Of a stretch of 64,000 nt of DNA, positions 1-12,321 are shown piece by piece. The notes under the pieces are model-generated. The model saw only the letters and a list, made by a program, of their open reading frames with translations. It made no database searches and was not told the origin of the DNA. The stretch is from Yuukianura sp. NJ FZ-2021 (Eukaryota), in assembly GCA_046563655.1 (NCBI GenBank), contig CM102285.1, positions 5,642,001 through 5,706,000 on the forward strand, written 5' to 3'. The position numbers were made by a program, and so were the translations under genes. Position 1 is the first letter of the stretch, and the number at the start of each line of letters is the position of its first letter.

Positions 1-160
1 GTCAACAGCCGTTTTTCTGTTCACAACCAAATTTAAAACATGTCATCCCTAACTGCACAATTGTAAATAACTGCACAAGTTTAATTGGGACAAGACTTTC
101 TTTTTAATATTTTACTCTCTCAGTGTCTCAGTTAATTAAACTGAAAATGTTTGTTTCCTT

Positions 161-480
161 ATATTAAGTAGCGAAAGCTACTTGCTGGTATTGGCATTGT
201 CTGTCTGTATAGTCTGGCCGTTCGTCAGCGGCGTTTATTTCGAAAACGGTTCAACATTTCTAGAATCTGATTTACATCTGAGCGTAAGGGACACGGAGGT
301 GTTCAATATTGAGTTTCATCCCAGTGGTCAACTTACGGGTCAAAGGTCGAGGTCAAATGGTTTCATCCATGGCAACACGGGAAATGACCTCTACAAAACT
401 TTTTCATCTCAACTTAATTGACATTAAGGAAGGATGATTTGGCACAATTTGACAAAACTCCGCTAGCTTTTTCGTTTGAC
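161..480 (+). mobile_element. Degenerate DINE-1/Helentron-associated-like non-autonomous element (copy 1); 3' end uncertain
   Basis: 5' hairpin AAGTAGC-GAAA-GCTACTT (166-183), short GTCT tract, GGTCAAAGGTCGAGGTCA motif and GGAAATGACC...ACAAAA block, all shared with the element at 9135. Confidence 0.5.
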
Positions 481-1027
481 CCGAGTATGACCTAGCGCTT
501 CAAGTTAATTTCGTGATACGTAAGCATCACGGGTTTCTGGCTAGTTGAATAGAAAATGTATTGTAAAGGCTGGGATGCTTGGCCCCCCCCCCCCCCCTGC
601 TTTTGAGTTGGGATGGAATTTTTGGAAATATGTGCTTGGAGGAGTAGGTGCACCCTATGATCCTCCACTCTTCCAAGCAGGGCGTTTTTTCTACATATAG
701 TTTTCATTGCCATGCTATTAGCATGGTCAATTAGAGTATGATGAAACCCTTGATGGAGATATGCTGTCCCTCCAGTCGAAATTAGTGATGCTGACAAGGT
801 TCCATCTATAATAGAAGTCTCAGTTTATAGTAAGCCCCATCCGTCCTCCCTCCCCCTACCAAAGGTTACGTAATCCAACAAACAGTTCCTACTTCTTGGA
901 CTGTCACGGACGTATCCAGCAGCAAAGAAGTCAATCTTCATTCTTCAAGAAGTCAAGACTTACATTGTTGTTACATATTAATAATCGAAGTTGTTAGTTC
1001 AAAGTGTAGTTCTCTCACTCAATCAGT

Positions 1028-4000
1028 ATGAGTGACACAAGACCACTAACCGGGCAGGTAAAGTGTTCCGCTGGAACGATGATGCAGTGTAACCGAGAGC
1101 CGGCGATGTCAGTCACAAAATTTGAAAATTTTTTGAACCGGATTGGGCTGCAAGATTTCATCAAAGCGTTTGCCGGTAAGAAAGTGGGTACTGGGTTATC
1201 AGCATGAGGGAGGAAACCGCTAAATATTCCTCGACAAAATTTTAGCTGGATTTACATATCCAGCTCTGTGTATCCAGATATGTGTCAAATTCGACAGATC
1301 TAGAAATACACAAACACCACTAAAATTCAGGTTTTACTTCCCTCAGTGTACAACCAGCTGTCAATTTAGGCGCAATTGTAATTATTGGGTAGTAATGGAT
1401 TGAGTTGAAATTTCAATTGGATGTCCCGTACGATGTTACGGATACATCGTTGGTTTACTTCAAGCGAGTTTCCCCAAAACAAAATTCCAAGATTAGGTCT
1501 AACGTCTGTCTAACGTCTAGATTTCGAACGTTAGAAAAAGCATGTGAGATACGATTCAATTCGAGGCAGAATTTCTGTTCTACTTTTTGTTTCATGTCTC
1601 TTTCACGCATCAGGATTCCGTTTGTGTGCTTATGATTAGATACGTTTTTATTCCGACACATCTGGATTTCAGTTGTGTTCTAATTAGTTTTAGGCGTATC
1701 GAAGTTTCCGCATCAGGAAATCAGATTTTGTCAAGGAATATTGTAGATTTTCTCCCCTCATACATCTGCGATGAGAAATATAATTACTAATACTAATTAA
1801 GACTTCAATTTTAGTTAGTCAGTCGAGGGATATATTCACATAAACTCATTCGTTTATCTTTTCTGATTCTCATTAACAGATCAAGCCGTAGATATGGAAT
1901 CTCTTCTGGCCTTTACTAACGATGAATTGAAGGCGTTTGTCCCAAGAATCGGTTACTGGAGTAGACTCTGTACGGCACTAGAGCGATACAGGAATGGAAT
2001 GTATGTTAAAACAGAGGACTCCGACCTTGAGGCATTGATTGAGCATGAGTTCCCGTATGCTGGAATTCGGGAACTTTTTGCGGCACAGGGTGTTTTGGAA
2101 CAGTACACCTCAATATTCGAAGGTTAGGACCTAGGACGGTGTCTAACTTTAAGAAATTTTGGTTCGATAATTTTTTGTGGCTCTTTTAGGAGTTGTTACT
2201 TCTGAAAAAACTTCGACTACATATTTTTAGAGTTGTGTTTTTTTTTTGTAGAAAACGGCATCGGGCTTGAAGAACTGCATAACCTTCCAGAAGGTATGCT
2301 GAAAAATATTGTTCCTACAACCGGCCACTGGGAAAAGATTTGTTTAGCTAAACGAGCATTAATTCGACATCAACGCGGCCACAAAACGTCCCCAACCAGG
2401 CAGAATCTCAACAACATTTCATTAACGGTTGAAGATCCATTGGAGAAATTTTTGCGGAGCATTCGGTTGGATGTCAAATATTTGCAATTATTCAAGGGTA
2501 GCTCACGTAATAAAATTGGATTATTAATATAAAGATAGCAAAACAACACATTGAATCATTAATTTTAGAACACGAAATGGAGTACGAGGATGTGATTTCG
2601 ATTGAAGAAGACAAGCTGATGTCAATAATTGGGAAGGCCGGACCTGTACACAGGATTGTTCAAGGGAGGAAGGAATTTCTTCTGCAAACAGAAACAAAGC
2701 CTGTTAATTGCTTCCTGGACCGTCAACCATCAACCATAAGATTGAAGCCGACGAAGAGGAGGTAATGATTCTCAAAAACTTCCAAAGTACCGCACAAGTT
2801 TTAAAGCAACTCTAACAGAGCTGTTTATTTAGGACTTGGGAGGTATTTTTAAGTTAAACGTAAAAAACTTAAATAAATTAAATAAACTTAAACGTTAAAA
2901 AACTTAAATAAACCTCATTTTTCACCAAAAAACTGCTTTTTGGTGTTAAATAAGGTTGAATAAAATGAAATTAAGTTAAAGAAACTACGAAATAATTTCT
3001 TTAACAGTATTTCTTTTACCTCGATGTTTATTTCGTTTAACGCTTTTTTTAAAACTTAAGTTTCTTTAATTTTTAGACTAAAACATTTAACTTCTAGCCT
3101 TGAAATCTAATTTAACTAATAATTCCACTTTAGGGCATGGAATTGGAAGAGAAAACGCTAAACATCTTACTGCTAGGAGAGACTGGTGTCGGGAAATCTA
3201 CATTTATCAATGCTTTCGCAAACTATCTGAATTTTGAGAGCATGGAGGCAGCTTTGCAAAACCCTTCTGGAATTTTTTCGCTCATTCCAACGTCTTTTGC
3301 AGTCACGGACGAAAATTTTAAACGGCATACAATCTCTGTGGGAAATTTAGAACGAAACGAAAGCGCCGATGAAGGACAATCATCAACACAGTCATGCCGC
3401 AGCTACTACTTCCCGTTCTCCGCTCTGAAAATAAGGCTTATCGACACTCCTGGAATTGGCGACACACGTGGAATTGAGCAAGACAAAATTAATTTGGATA
3501 ACGTTCTGGCATTCATCGGGCAGCACGAAGACTTGCATGGAATATGCATTTTGCTCAAACCAAATACGTCTCGTCTCACAGCCTCGTTTACATTCTGCAT
3601 CAAGGAACTCCTCTGTCACCTGCAAAAAGATGCCTCGCGTAATATCATATTCGTCTTTACAAATTCGCGCGGGACATTCTACAAACCAGGCGACACTGCA
3701 CCAACGCTAGAAAAAATTTTGAACGAAATTCACACCAAGCCTCCTCATGCACTAATCCCTTTCGAGCACAAAACAGTTTACTGCTTTGACAGCGAATCGT
3801 ACCGCTTCCTTTTGGCGGTCAACCAAGGCCTTCAATTCCAAGGAGATCAGCATCAGATCTTTTCAGAGAGCTGGAATATTTCAGTAAAAGAGTGCATGCG
3901 AATGATTGCTTACATCAATGGGCTCAAACCGCACAAAGTGAAGGACACCGTTTCTATCAATGAAGCTCGACGCCTCATTATTGAACTTTCGAAGCCAATT

Positions 4001-5050
4001 GCCGAATTCACGCAGAACATTAACGTTAACCTGCAAGTAATATCCGACAGACGGGAAGAACTACTACTATCAGATGCTGACATTAAGGATTTGGAACAAA
4101 AACTGCATGTCCCAGTTGTGGATCTAATTCAAATTCCTCTCTCTGAACCGACCACGGTTTGTACTGCATCAAAATGTATCCAAGTGCATACCATTGGCCT
4201 CTCCTTCAAAACAAACTACGTGACAAGGTGCCACTCTCCCTGCTACTTGAGAGGAGTTCAAGCCGAACTTATGAACAACACTGCCTTGCTAGGATGCGAA
4301 GCCATGGGTGGTCATAAACATTGTCAACGTTGCGGTTGCAGTTACGAGGTCCATATGCATATTTATTATGAACTCGAAGAAAAAGATACGTATCTGGAGG
4401 ACGAAACTGTCAAAGCTATGATAGCAAGGAAGGCTGATGCTAAAGTCATTATTGCTCAATCGATTGACGCTTTGGAGAAAAGGAGTGCGGAGCTGGTATC
4501 CGAGAAAGACTTACTCACAAAAACAGTAGCGAAGTTTGCAATTTTTTTGAAAACGAACGCCATTGCACCTTATAATGATGCGTTTGAGGATTACCTGGAA
4601 CACCTCATCTCAAACGAAAGAACAAAACAAGCAGTCGGAGCTAAGAACAGGGGCGTCATTGAAGGAATGGAAAGGGTACTGCAGGAATACAAGGAAGAAA
4701 AAGACATTTTTGACAAGCTGATGAATACGACCGACGGGGCGCAGAATACACAAGTTGGCGTCGTGACGGCAGCAGATATTGTAGAATTGGAGAAGGAGTT
4801 GTATGGATTGAAGATTTACGGGAAACGTATTCGCGACTTCCGCAAAACTTTTTCCGATTCGAGAAGGAAAGCCCAAACATCATTCTCAGAAACTGTTCAT
4901 CCACCTCCTGTTTCTACTGCTGGACGGTTCGTACGTGGGTTGCGCCGAATTGGAAATGGCATCGGACTTTCTGATTACTTTTCTAACTGGAATCATCCTC
5001 AGAAGCTACGCTCCACAAAGAGCAGTTACTATTATCCGAATTACTACTGA
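1028..5050 (+). CDS. Triple SAM-domain + septin/AIG1-like P-loop GTPase with a Cys/His-rich domain and coiled coil
   Basis: Exons 1028-1175, 1880-2122, 2252-2497, 2569-2761, 2833-2842 and 3134-5050 splice in frame at GT-AG sites. Three SAM-like repeats (e.g. FLNRIGLQDFIKAFADQAVDMESLLAFTNDELKAFVPRIGYWSRL). G1 GETGVGKS, G3 DTPG; CHSPCYL...CQRCGC...HMH region. Confidence 0.8.
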
Positions 5051-5382
5051 TGATAAATACAATGCACTCAACATATCGCGGTTCTTACATATCTGATACT
5101 TTAAAAAGCGTCTTACATAAAAGCTAATTACTTTTATTTTATAATTTTTTCAGACCTACTTATTTCACAACGGTTCGTTGGATGCTGGTGACTTAGAAGC
5201 TTCCACGCTAGTACCTAGCTACAATTTAATTGATTGTTGTAGTGACCCCATAACCTAATCCGCCCCCAGCCTATGTTGTTAATCCTTTAGCAGTCCACAG
5301 CCAACCACTAGTATAAAACAATCCATTTCTTGTATATATTTCTTTCATAAACTTGTTTTGGTCATGTCATGTTTATAAAGAG

Positions 5383-6983
5383 ATGAGTTCAGCAGGTACA
5401 TTAGAATTAAGTGCTGCATGACTGTTTACAATTTTTGAAATGTTTCCGTGAAACGATTTCAGATTTTGGATTTCGGTCTCTCCAAAATTCACTTTGGTTC
5501 ATCTGTGTTTGTCGAATGGCTCCGTACAAGTGGAATGGAGAGACGTGTCAACTTGAATTTTTGACGTCGTGGTACGATCGTACGATTTACGCTGTCAATC
5601 GTACAGTGGCGTTTTTACTTGCTCTTTTCTCGACGTCTCGCTTTATCCAATCATATTTATACCACACCTTAAATTCCAAAATTTTGCTGCCTCGAATTGC
5701 TGCAATGAATATCCTGTGGGCTCTAGCATATGCGATGGCAGCCATCTGCTTCTACCAGTACGATCGAAAGAGAACGAATATCCGCCTTTTTGGAAACGCT
5801 ATTCTCAAATCTATCCGTGCAACTAAAAAATGTAAAACAGAAATTCCAAAAGTAAAAAAAAACAACTAATTTTCTAAACTTGTTTTTCAACAAAATAGAT
5901 AGCACTGCGACCGAAGTACTAAGACCCGGTAAGAAGTGTTGCAATTTCTGCAATGTTCGCAAACCTTTTGCTGTTTTTGAAAGTTTTTTTTTTTCAAATA
6001 GGAATAAGGACAATTTCCGGAAATGAGCAGAACAAGAAAAATGTAATTGACTTTTTTTCATTTACGGTAATTCTTTCTGGACTGATGTTGTTCATCAACC
6101 CACCGTTTCATAACATAATGATGATGGGTAAGACGAAGTGCAATTCATCAAAAGTTCAATCTCAAAATTCATTTGTGAAAAGTTTTTTCTAAATGTAATG
6201 ACTACAGATACTCCGTGTGCCCCTCATTTTTCCTCTTCACTTTTTTTGAATTGTGGTGATGTTGAAGAGGACTCGAATCCATTTGTACACAAAATTGTCT
6301 TCATTTTTGTCGAAACTTATTTCATACTCTTAGTTCTCCTTCCGCTGTCCTTCAATTGGACGTTCATCTACATTGGCCTTGGTTGGATTGGAGCCGAACT
6401 CAAAGACATGAAGCATTCACAAATTTCAAATTTCACAATTTCCAAATTTTACCAGTTTTAAAAGTTATGTCTAAACTCATTCATTTTGCTTTATTGCAGT
6501 GAGAAATTGTTAAACGAGGGAGAAAGTGACGTGAGCCTTGTCCGACGTTACAGACGAATCTCCAGCCTCATCGCTCTTCTGAACGACAGTTTCCGGTTCT
6601 ACCTGCAGTGGTTTCCCACACTACTCCTCGGAATTGTCTCATTTCTGCTCTACGCATGTATCGAATTTCCCAGTGTCGGATGGCGTGCTTATGCAATGTT
6701 CCCATCTTGCCTCATTCGCTGCTCTTTTGAGTCATTTACGCCGCTTGCACTCGCCGGACATGTCAACCAGAGTTGCGTTGTTTTTTTGGCCCACTGGAAA
6801 CGCGGCAAGAGAGGTCAAACGGAGGAGGAAAAGCGACATCGTCGCCAGTGTCGACGAAGTTGCAGGGTGATTCAATGCACTGCTGGGGAATTGTTCACCT
6901 TTGAAAATTCCATTGTTCTCACTACAGTTAGCAACTGCATTTTACTCACAATGAACCTCCTTCTGTTGAAAAATTTTAACTAA
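5383..6983 (+). CDS. Multi-exon gustatory/odorant-receptor-like 7TM chemoreceptor
   Basis: ATG 5383 and intron 5396-5462 splice in frame to MSSADFGFRSLQNSLW. Multiple hydrophobic helices. C-terminal CTAGELFTFENSIVLTTVSNCILLTMNLLLL resembles the GR-family end. Internal exons not fully resolved. Confidence 0.6.
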
Positions 6984-7422
6984 TTTTACAAATCTTACAA
7001 TCTTACTATTCTTTGACAAAAATCTGACTAGCAGCCCCATCTAATTATTATCGTCTATCCATATTATAAGATTAATTTGTAGAAGTTAGTTAATTACTAA
7101 TTATGGCAATAAATTAATCAGAGGTTACTTCTCCTGGATGCAAAAATCGTGCTCAGAATTGCGTCAATTTTGTAAAAAAAAAAATGAACTATAGTTAGTC
7201 TTTTAGTTAAACGCTGGGTTTTGTAAAGACCATGTTAGAGATACTTCTAATCTGTGTAAGAGGTCTGCGCATTCAGTCTTTATCCAGTAATCAAGCTGTT
7301 ACGATTGTACTAGGCCAAACGCCAAGGGATTACATTGGACAATTCGATTACGCAAATTTATTCAAAGAATCCCGTTAGCTACAGTTTGCAAAAGAGGAAA
7401 ACAATTAATAGTTTTCTGGATA

Positions 7423-8187
7423 ATGTCATTTTCAATCAAGTCTATTTTCTTCTTCTTTGCTTTACATATTTACGATCCACTCATTTGTATTTTCCTGTGG
7501 CCAATTCTAATTCTTGCACGTTACAATGCCAGGGTTGCCGAAATTTTCCTTTACTTTCACATTCGAATTGCCTTCTTTTTATTTCAAGTTGGTTTGAAGC
7601 AATATCGAGAAGCTTTTTTCGAAAAATTTAAACAGTCAACAGAAGGAAAAGACCTCCAAAATTTTGAAATTTTGGAAATTGGAGCCGGGACTGGAGCCAA
7701 TTTCAAATTTTTCCAGCCCGGAACCTCCATTAACACCCTGGAACTAAATTCGGAATTTCACAATCACCAAATTGAAGAAGCCAAAAGATGTGGACTCAAA
7801 ATTGGAAAATTTGGTCAAATTTTGGGAAATGTTGAAAATATGGACTCAATTCCAGACGGATCTTTTGACATTGTGGTGGCCAGTATTCTCCTGTGTTGTG
7901 TCAAAAACAAAACACAAGCTGTTCGTGAAATTCATCGAATTTTGAAACCAGGCGGCAAATATTTCCTGTTGGAGCTGGATAATTTTGAAAGTGGATTTCG
8001 CCGAATTGTTCAAAAATGTCATAACCCCTTTCATCTGTTTTCGTTTGTTGGATGTACTGCTGCTTTTCAAGATGTACGGTCCATTGTTGCCAGCGGGAAT
8101 TTCAAAAATATGGATTTGGCAACAATGGTACTCCCAGAAGTGACAATTACTTTTAGCAGGGTGTGCTTTGGATTTGTAGAAAAATGA
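7423..8187 (+). CDS. METTL7/TMT1-like class I SAM-dependent methyltransferase (intronless)
   Basis: N-terminal hydrophobic anchor; motif I ILEIGAGTGANF; SFDIVV..LLCCV; EIHRILKPGG. Confidence 0.85.
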   Translation: MSFSIKSIFFFFALHIYDPLICIFLWPILILARYNARVAEIFLYFHIRIAFFLFQVGLKQYREAFFEKFKQSTEGKDLQNFEILEIGAGTGANFKFFQPGTSINTLELNSEFHNHQIEEAKRCGLKIGKFGQILGNVENMDSIPDGSFDIVVASILLCCVKNKTQAVREIHRILKPGGKYFLLELDNFESGFRRIVQKCHNPFHLFSFVGCTAAFQDVRSIVASGNFKNMDLATMVLPEVTITFSRVCFGFVEK

Positions 8188-9170
8188 AAATAACTATAGC
8201 TTTATCATATGAGTAACAGAAAATGTTCAACATTCACAACAGGAAGTGTTAGAATTACCTCTAATGTTTCATGCACTAAAATAAAAATTTCTTATTTTCA
8301 GATTTCGAACACTGGTGGTGATTTGTAAATTTTCCATTTGGAAGTTGCAAATTTTCATTACAAATTTTATCAAATTTAGCAGCTTCTGACGCGCTACGCT
8401 CTGTTCTACGATACGTTCTTTCATAAGGATATCTTGATTAATAGAGTGATGCATGACAGGTTGTGTAATTTCAAAACTTGAATCGTCCGTCACTGAAGTT
8501 CACTTTAAGGTTATCAATGTTTTTGACGACGCAGAAAAAGTTCTGAATTTGTTGAATGAATCAGTAACTACGTAAGTAGTTAACAAAAACCAAATGGTTG
8601 TTTAAAAGCACAAAGCACTTGATATCAAATTCTGCGCAAAGAAAAAGGAATAGCCGCATAGTTTGTTTGTGTTTTATATTTTAAAACTTGAAGAATACTT
8701 AAAATTGTGAACTTTTTGAAATGGCTTGTCCATGCACATAGTCTCTGTAAACAACTTTTAGTCGATTCCGACATTGAAACCTTTAATTTTGTTTTCTCCT
8801 ATTATGTAAATACATACTAGATCAAGTCTTTTCCTGTATGACGAAATCCCACGCGCAGCCAAATGATTTCAAAATTCATTCTCTGCCGCAGTACAAACCA
8901 TTTGCATCTAGAGGCAACTGATTACATCTCAAAGATGATGACACTTACGTAGTCAAATTTTTATTTCAAGTTTTTACATTCCAACTTTCCAGTTCAATTT
9001 TTACATAGCAATTAAACTTTTAAAATTAAAACAACTATTTGCTCAAGGTGAATGAGTCCCCTTTCACTTTCAACGTCAACATTTTGTGCTTTTTTCTTAA
9101 ATTTCAAAACCCGCTTTGGAACTATACTCCCATATATTAAATAGCGAAAGCTATTTAATAATCTGATTCA

Positions 9171-9254
<84 letters not shown>
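9171..9254 (+). repeat. (TGTC)n tetranucleotide microsatellite, about 21 units
   Basis: Directly visible perfect repeat. Confidence 0.97.
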
Positions 9255-9604
9255 CGTACAGCAAAAAGATCTCGGAAACTACTGGTCCGATTTTCTCCGG
9301 GTTTTCACCAATCGACATCTCATGACGGCCGCCAGTTCAAGTTTATCTTTTTTCCCGGGTCTGTGACCTTTTACCGGGTCAAAGGTCAAGGTCATTGACC
9401 TTTTGAATATAAAACCGGGAAAATGACCCTAACAAAAGTTGTTCCTCTCATTGAGGGGAGCAACTTTACTATATCAACCATGGGTCTCTGACCCCTCCAA
9501 GGGGGTCAAAACCGGGATCAAATGTCAACATATTAGCATACAGTGTAGATGGGCAAGGCAAGCCTGCTACCTTGCCCATTCGCTCATAAGGCAGGCATCC
9601 TAGA

Positions 9605-9945
9605 TGGAGGAAGTGGGGGGAACCCACACCCACTCCTCCAGGGGGGAGGGCGCAGAAAAGTGCGGGGAACCCACCCCCACTTCCCCGGGGGGGGGGGGCG
9701 GAAAAGTGGGGGGAACCCACCTCCACTCCCCCAGGGGGGGGCCGGAAAGGTGGGGGGAACCTACCCCCACTCCCCGGGCGGAAAAGTGGGGGAAACCCCC
9801 ATTCCCCCGGGGGCGGGGGGCGGAACACGCACCCGCACTTCCTGGCGTGCGGAGCGAAAAAGTTGGGGAACACCCCCACTCTCCCGGGGGGGGGGGGGGC
9901 GGGAAAGTGGGGGGAACCCACCCCCACTCCCCCGGGGAGAGGCGT
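9605..9945. repeat. GC-rich minisatellite with a ~40-45 bp unit (GAAAAGTGGGGGGAACCCACCCCCACTCCCCGGGGGGG...), about 7-8 copies
   Basis: Directly visible imperfect tandem units with G and C runs. Confidence 0.9.
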
Positions 9946-10473
9946 GTGAGTGTGGAAAATGGTGGGGTATGTAGGGGAAACGGGGAAGAATACGGGGAAA
10001 AGAGTAAGTTAACTAACCCGTAAGCTAACCCACATTCCCCGCCTGGGGGAAAACCATCCATTGGCTTGAGCTATTTCGTTATGCGCGGTTTACAACCGGT
10101 TTATTTGTTTCAAATACGCTATCCAAAAAAATTATTCAGCAATACAAGTAGTACAAAACTTTAGTCCAACTTTCTCATTGCTCTGCTGCTGCTCTCCCAC
10201 TCAACAAATCCCAACTCAAATTCGACGAAAACGAAAAATAAAACCATAGTAAAGTCCGACAGAACTTTTGATCAAACATGTTCAGTTTTTGTTAGTCAAT
10301 TTTTAAGAACAAGAATGTGGAAATTCATAAAAATGGATTAGGTAGAAGACAAGGACAAATTAGTTGTTTGATAATTTTGTGTGGCCAGGGAATATCATCT
10401 TCCATGCTGGGCCTCCAAGGACCACCCACGATTGCTCAAAGTAGACGGTATGAAGTTAGGTTGCAAGGAGCGG

Positions 10474-11048
10474 GTCCTTGTTAATACATCGAAAGAAAGA
10501 CATCGAAACGAAATACAACGACACAAAAGACATCGACACGAAAGATATCGACAATAGAAACACATCCACGCGAAAGACATCGACAAAAAAGACATTGACA
10601 ATAGAAACACATCGACAATGAAAACACATCGACACCAAGGGCATACGCCATACAATTAAATAAACATGGAAATTTACATAACATAAGTAAGGAAAACACT
10701 AGTAAAATTTTGAAAATTCAACCTAAACCAGACTTGACAAGGGACCCTACATACGTAATCACTATGGCGTGCTTTACCAAACCTATTGCCGCGCCTTCGG
10801 CGCGATACCGCAAGCCAAGCTAGCCGCACGTCATCAGTATTGCCAGACATATTTTATTCTTCAAAATTTTGAAAAAAAATGCCCAATTTCATTTCCGGGT
10901 ATAAAGAATAAAATTTCTGCCGATATCTTTTGTGTCGATGTATTTCTATTGTCGATGTCTTTTTGGTCGATATGTTTCTATTGCTCCGATGCCTTTTTTG
11001 TCTGTCTTTTGTGTCGATGTCTTTTTTTCGATGTAATGGCGGTAGGAG
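10474..11048. mobile_element. Foldback-type MITE with inverted arrays of ACATCGAC repeats
   Basis: Left arm (AAAGACATCGAC)n at ~10485-10635, right arm (GTCGATGTCTTT)n at ~10920-11035, central CGCGCCTTCGGCGCG at 10790-10804. Confidence 0.75.
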
Positions 11049-11229
11049 CAGTAGTAAGGAGCAGTAGTTCACAACTGGTTAATTCTTTCCAATTTAAATT
11101 GATAACTGGTTTTTCCTATAAAAAGTGGCACGCTGCCGTCGAACTTGTTTCAGTTGCCCACCTAACCCTTAGAAAACCGATACATTTTGAAAACAAACGG
11201 AAAATTTTGACTTTTTCTTAAGAAAAGTG

Positions 11230-11748
11230 ATGTCCTCAGGTTTCGTTTTCGACAGACCTTTTACGGCTGAAGAGCGGAAGCGAGCGGAGGACGTATTCCG
11301 AGGATTAGCGACGTACGATGAAAACGGAGAAGGTGAGCCGTTTATCCAGTCGTACGATTTGGTAAATTTTTTGAAAGGGGTGAACTACTACCGAGATGAG
11401 GAACAGGCTGAAACTTACAAGTCGCACTGGGACATCCACTTTGGAGGAATTGTGCCCATGGACAAGTGTATCGAATGTTGTACGACGATCCACAACACAG
11501 CCGCCTTTTCGTCTGTAATCGGACGGGAGTGGGACAAGGACGGGAACGGATTCATCGACGAAGAGGAATTTGCAGGATTCAGGAAATTTATGGAAGGACA
11601 TTACCCGGCTCTCAAGGACAAAATTTACACGGACTTTGTGCAGGAAGCAGACACGGACAAAGACGGACTGGTTTCTCTTGAAGAGTTTGGAGTTTGGGCA
11701 GAGTCAGTCATCGGCTGTTGCCCACTCAACTGGACTTCCAAAAAATAA
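11230..11748 (+). CDS. Small EF-hand calcium-binding protein (intronless)
   Basis: Canonical loops DKDGNGFIDEEE and DTDKDGLVSLEE, plus a degenerate N-terminal pair. TATAAAA at 11117 and TCAGTT at 11150 upstream. Confidence 0.85.
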   Translation: MSSGFVFDRPFTAEERKRAEDVFRGLATYDENGEGEPFIQSYDLVNFLKGVNYYRDEEQAETYKSHWDIHFGGIVPMDKCIECCTTIHNTAAFSSVIGREWDKDGNGFIDEEEFAGFRKFMEGHYPALKDKIYTDFVQEADTDKDGLVSLEEFGVWAESVIGCCPLNWTSKK

Positions 11749-12321
11749 AAATTTCTGAAATTTCGTTTTCGAATTCAAATTTTCAATGTATCTCAAATTC
11801 CAAACCTTCCGGTTTGGACTAACTGAATTCCAAAGATTGGAGACTTGAAAATAAAAATTTTCACATTTTTTGTCGCATGATACACGGCTTGAAGTTTTGT
11901 TTCCTTTTTTTTGTAAAAAATTTAAAAATTTTTTGTTTTTGTTGCACTACGTGAGTTGTTTTTCAAGTATTATCATGTTCATTTGTAATGCAAATTAGTC
12001 AATTAACCTTACGTTCGAATCAACGTCTGCGGGTGACTTTAACTAACTAAGTGAGGTGCTTAGTCTTACCAACATTAGTTATATTACTGATGCCTTCTTT
12101 AGTAAATTTTTGATGTTAAACGTGAAAAACAACATTAAAGACGAGTGCTTCTCGTCCTTAAGAAATTCTATGAAGCTCCTAAATTAAACTTATTTTAATG
12201 GATATTATAATGGAACCAAATTATTTCCAATCAAGTAATTTTCCAACTACTAATTGAATTTCTTTCATTTTAAATTTTCAAAACAGAAGTTTTCACGGAA
12301 GTTTTCTGAATTGCATTTTGT

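Larger units (their letters stand above)
9135..10105 (+). mobile_element. DINE-1/Helentron-associated-like non-autonomous element (copy 2) with microsatellite and G-rich minisatellite
   Basis: Perfect 11-bp hairpin TATTAAATAGC-GAAA-GCTATTTAATA (9135-9160), (GTCT)n array, GGTCAAAGGTCAAGGTCA motif, and 3' GCTATTT at ~10070 complementary to the 5' arm. Confidence 0.6.

Noticed and set aside
7423..8187. Intronless methyltransferase as a bacterial horizontal transfer
   Set aside because: The N-terminal membrane anchor and motifs fit animal METTL7-like proteins; lack of introns alone is insufficient without a phylogeny
8269..8960. Possible minus-strand coding relic
   Set aside because: No recognisable motif or consistent exon structure
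9469..10061. Four overlapping Pro/Gly-rich ORFs
   Set aside because: Artefacts of the stop-free GC-rich minisatellite
10395..11221. Cys/Phe-rich ORFs on both strands
   Set aside because: Translations of the MITE repeat arms
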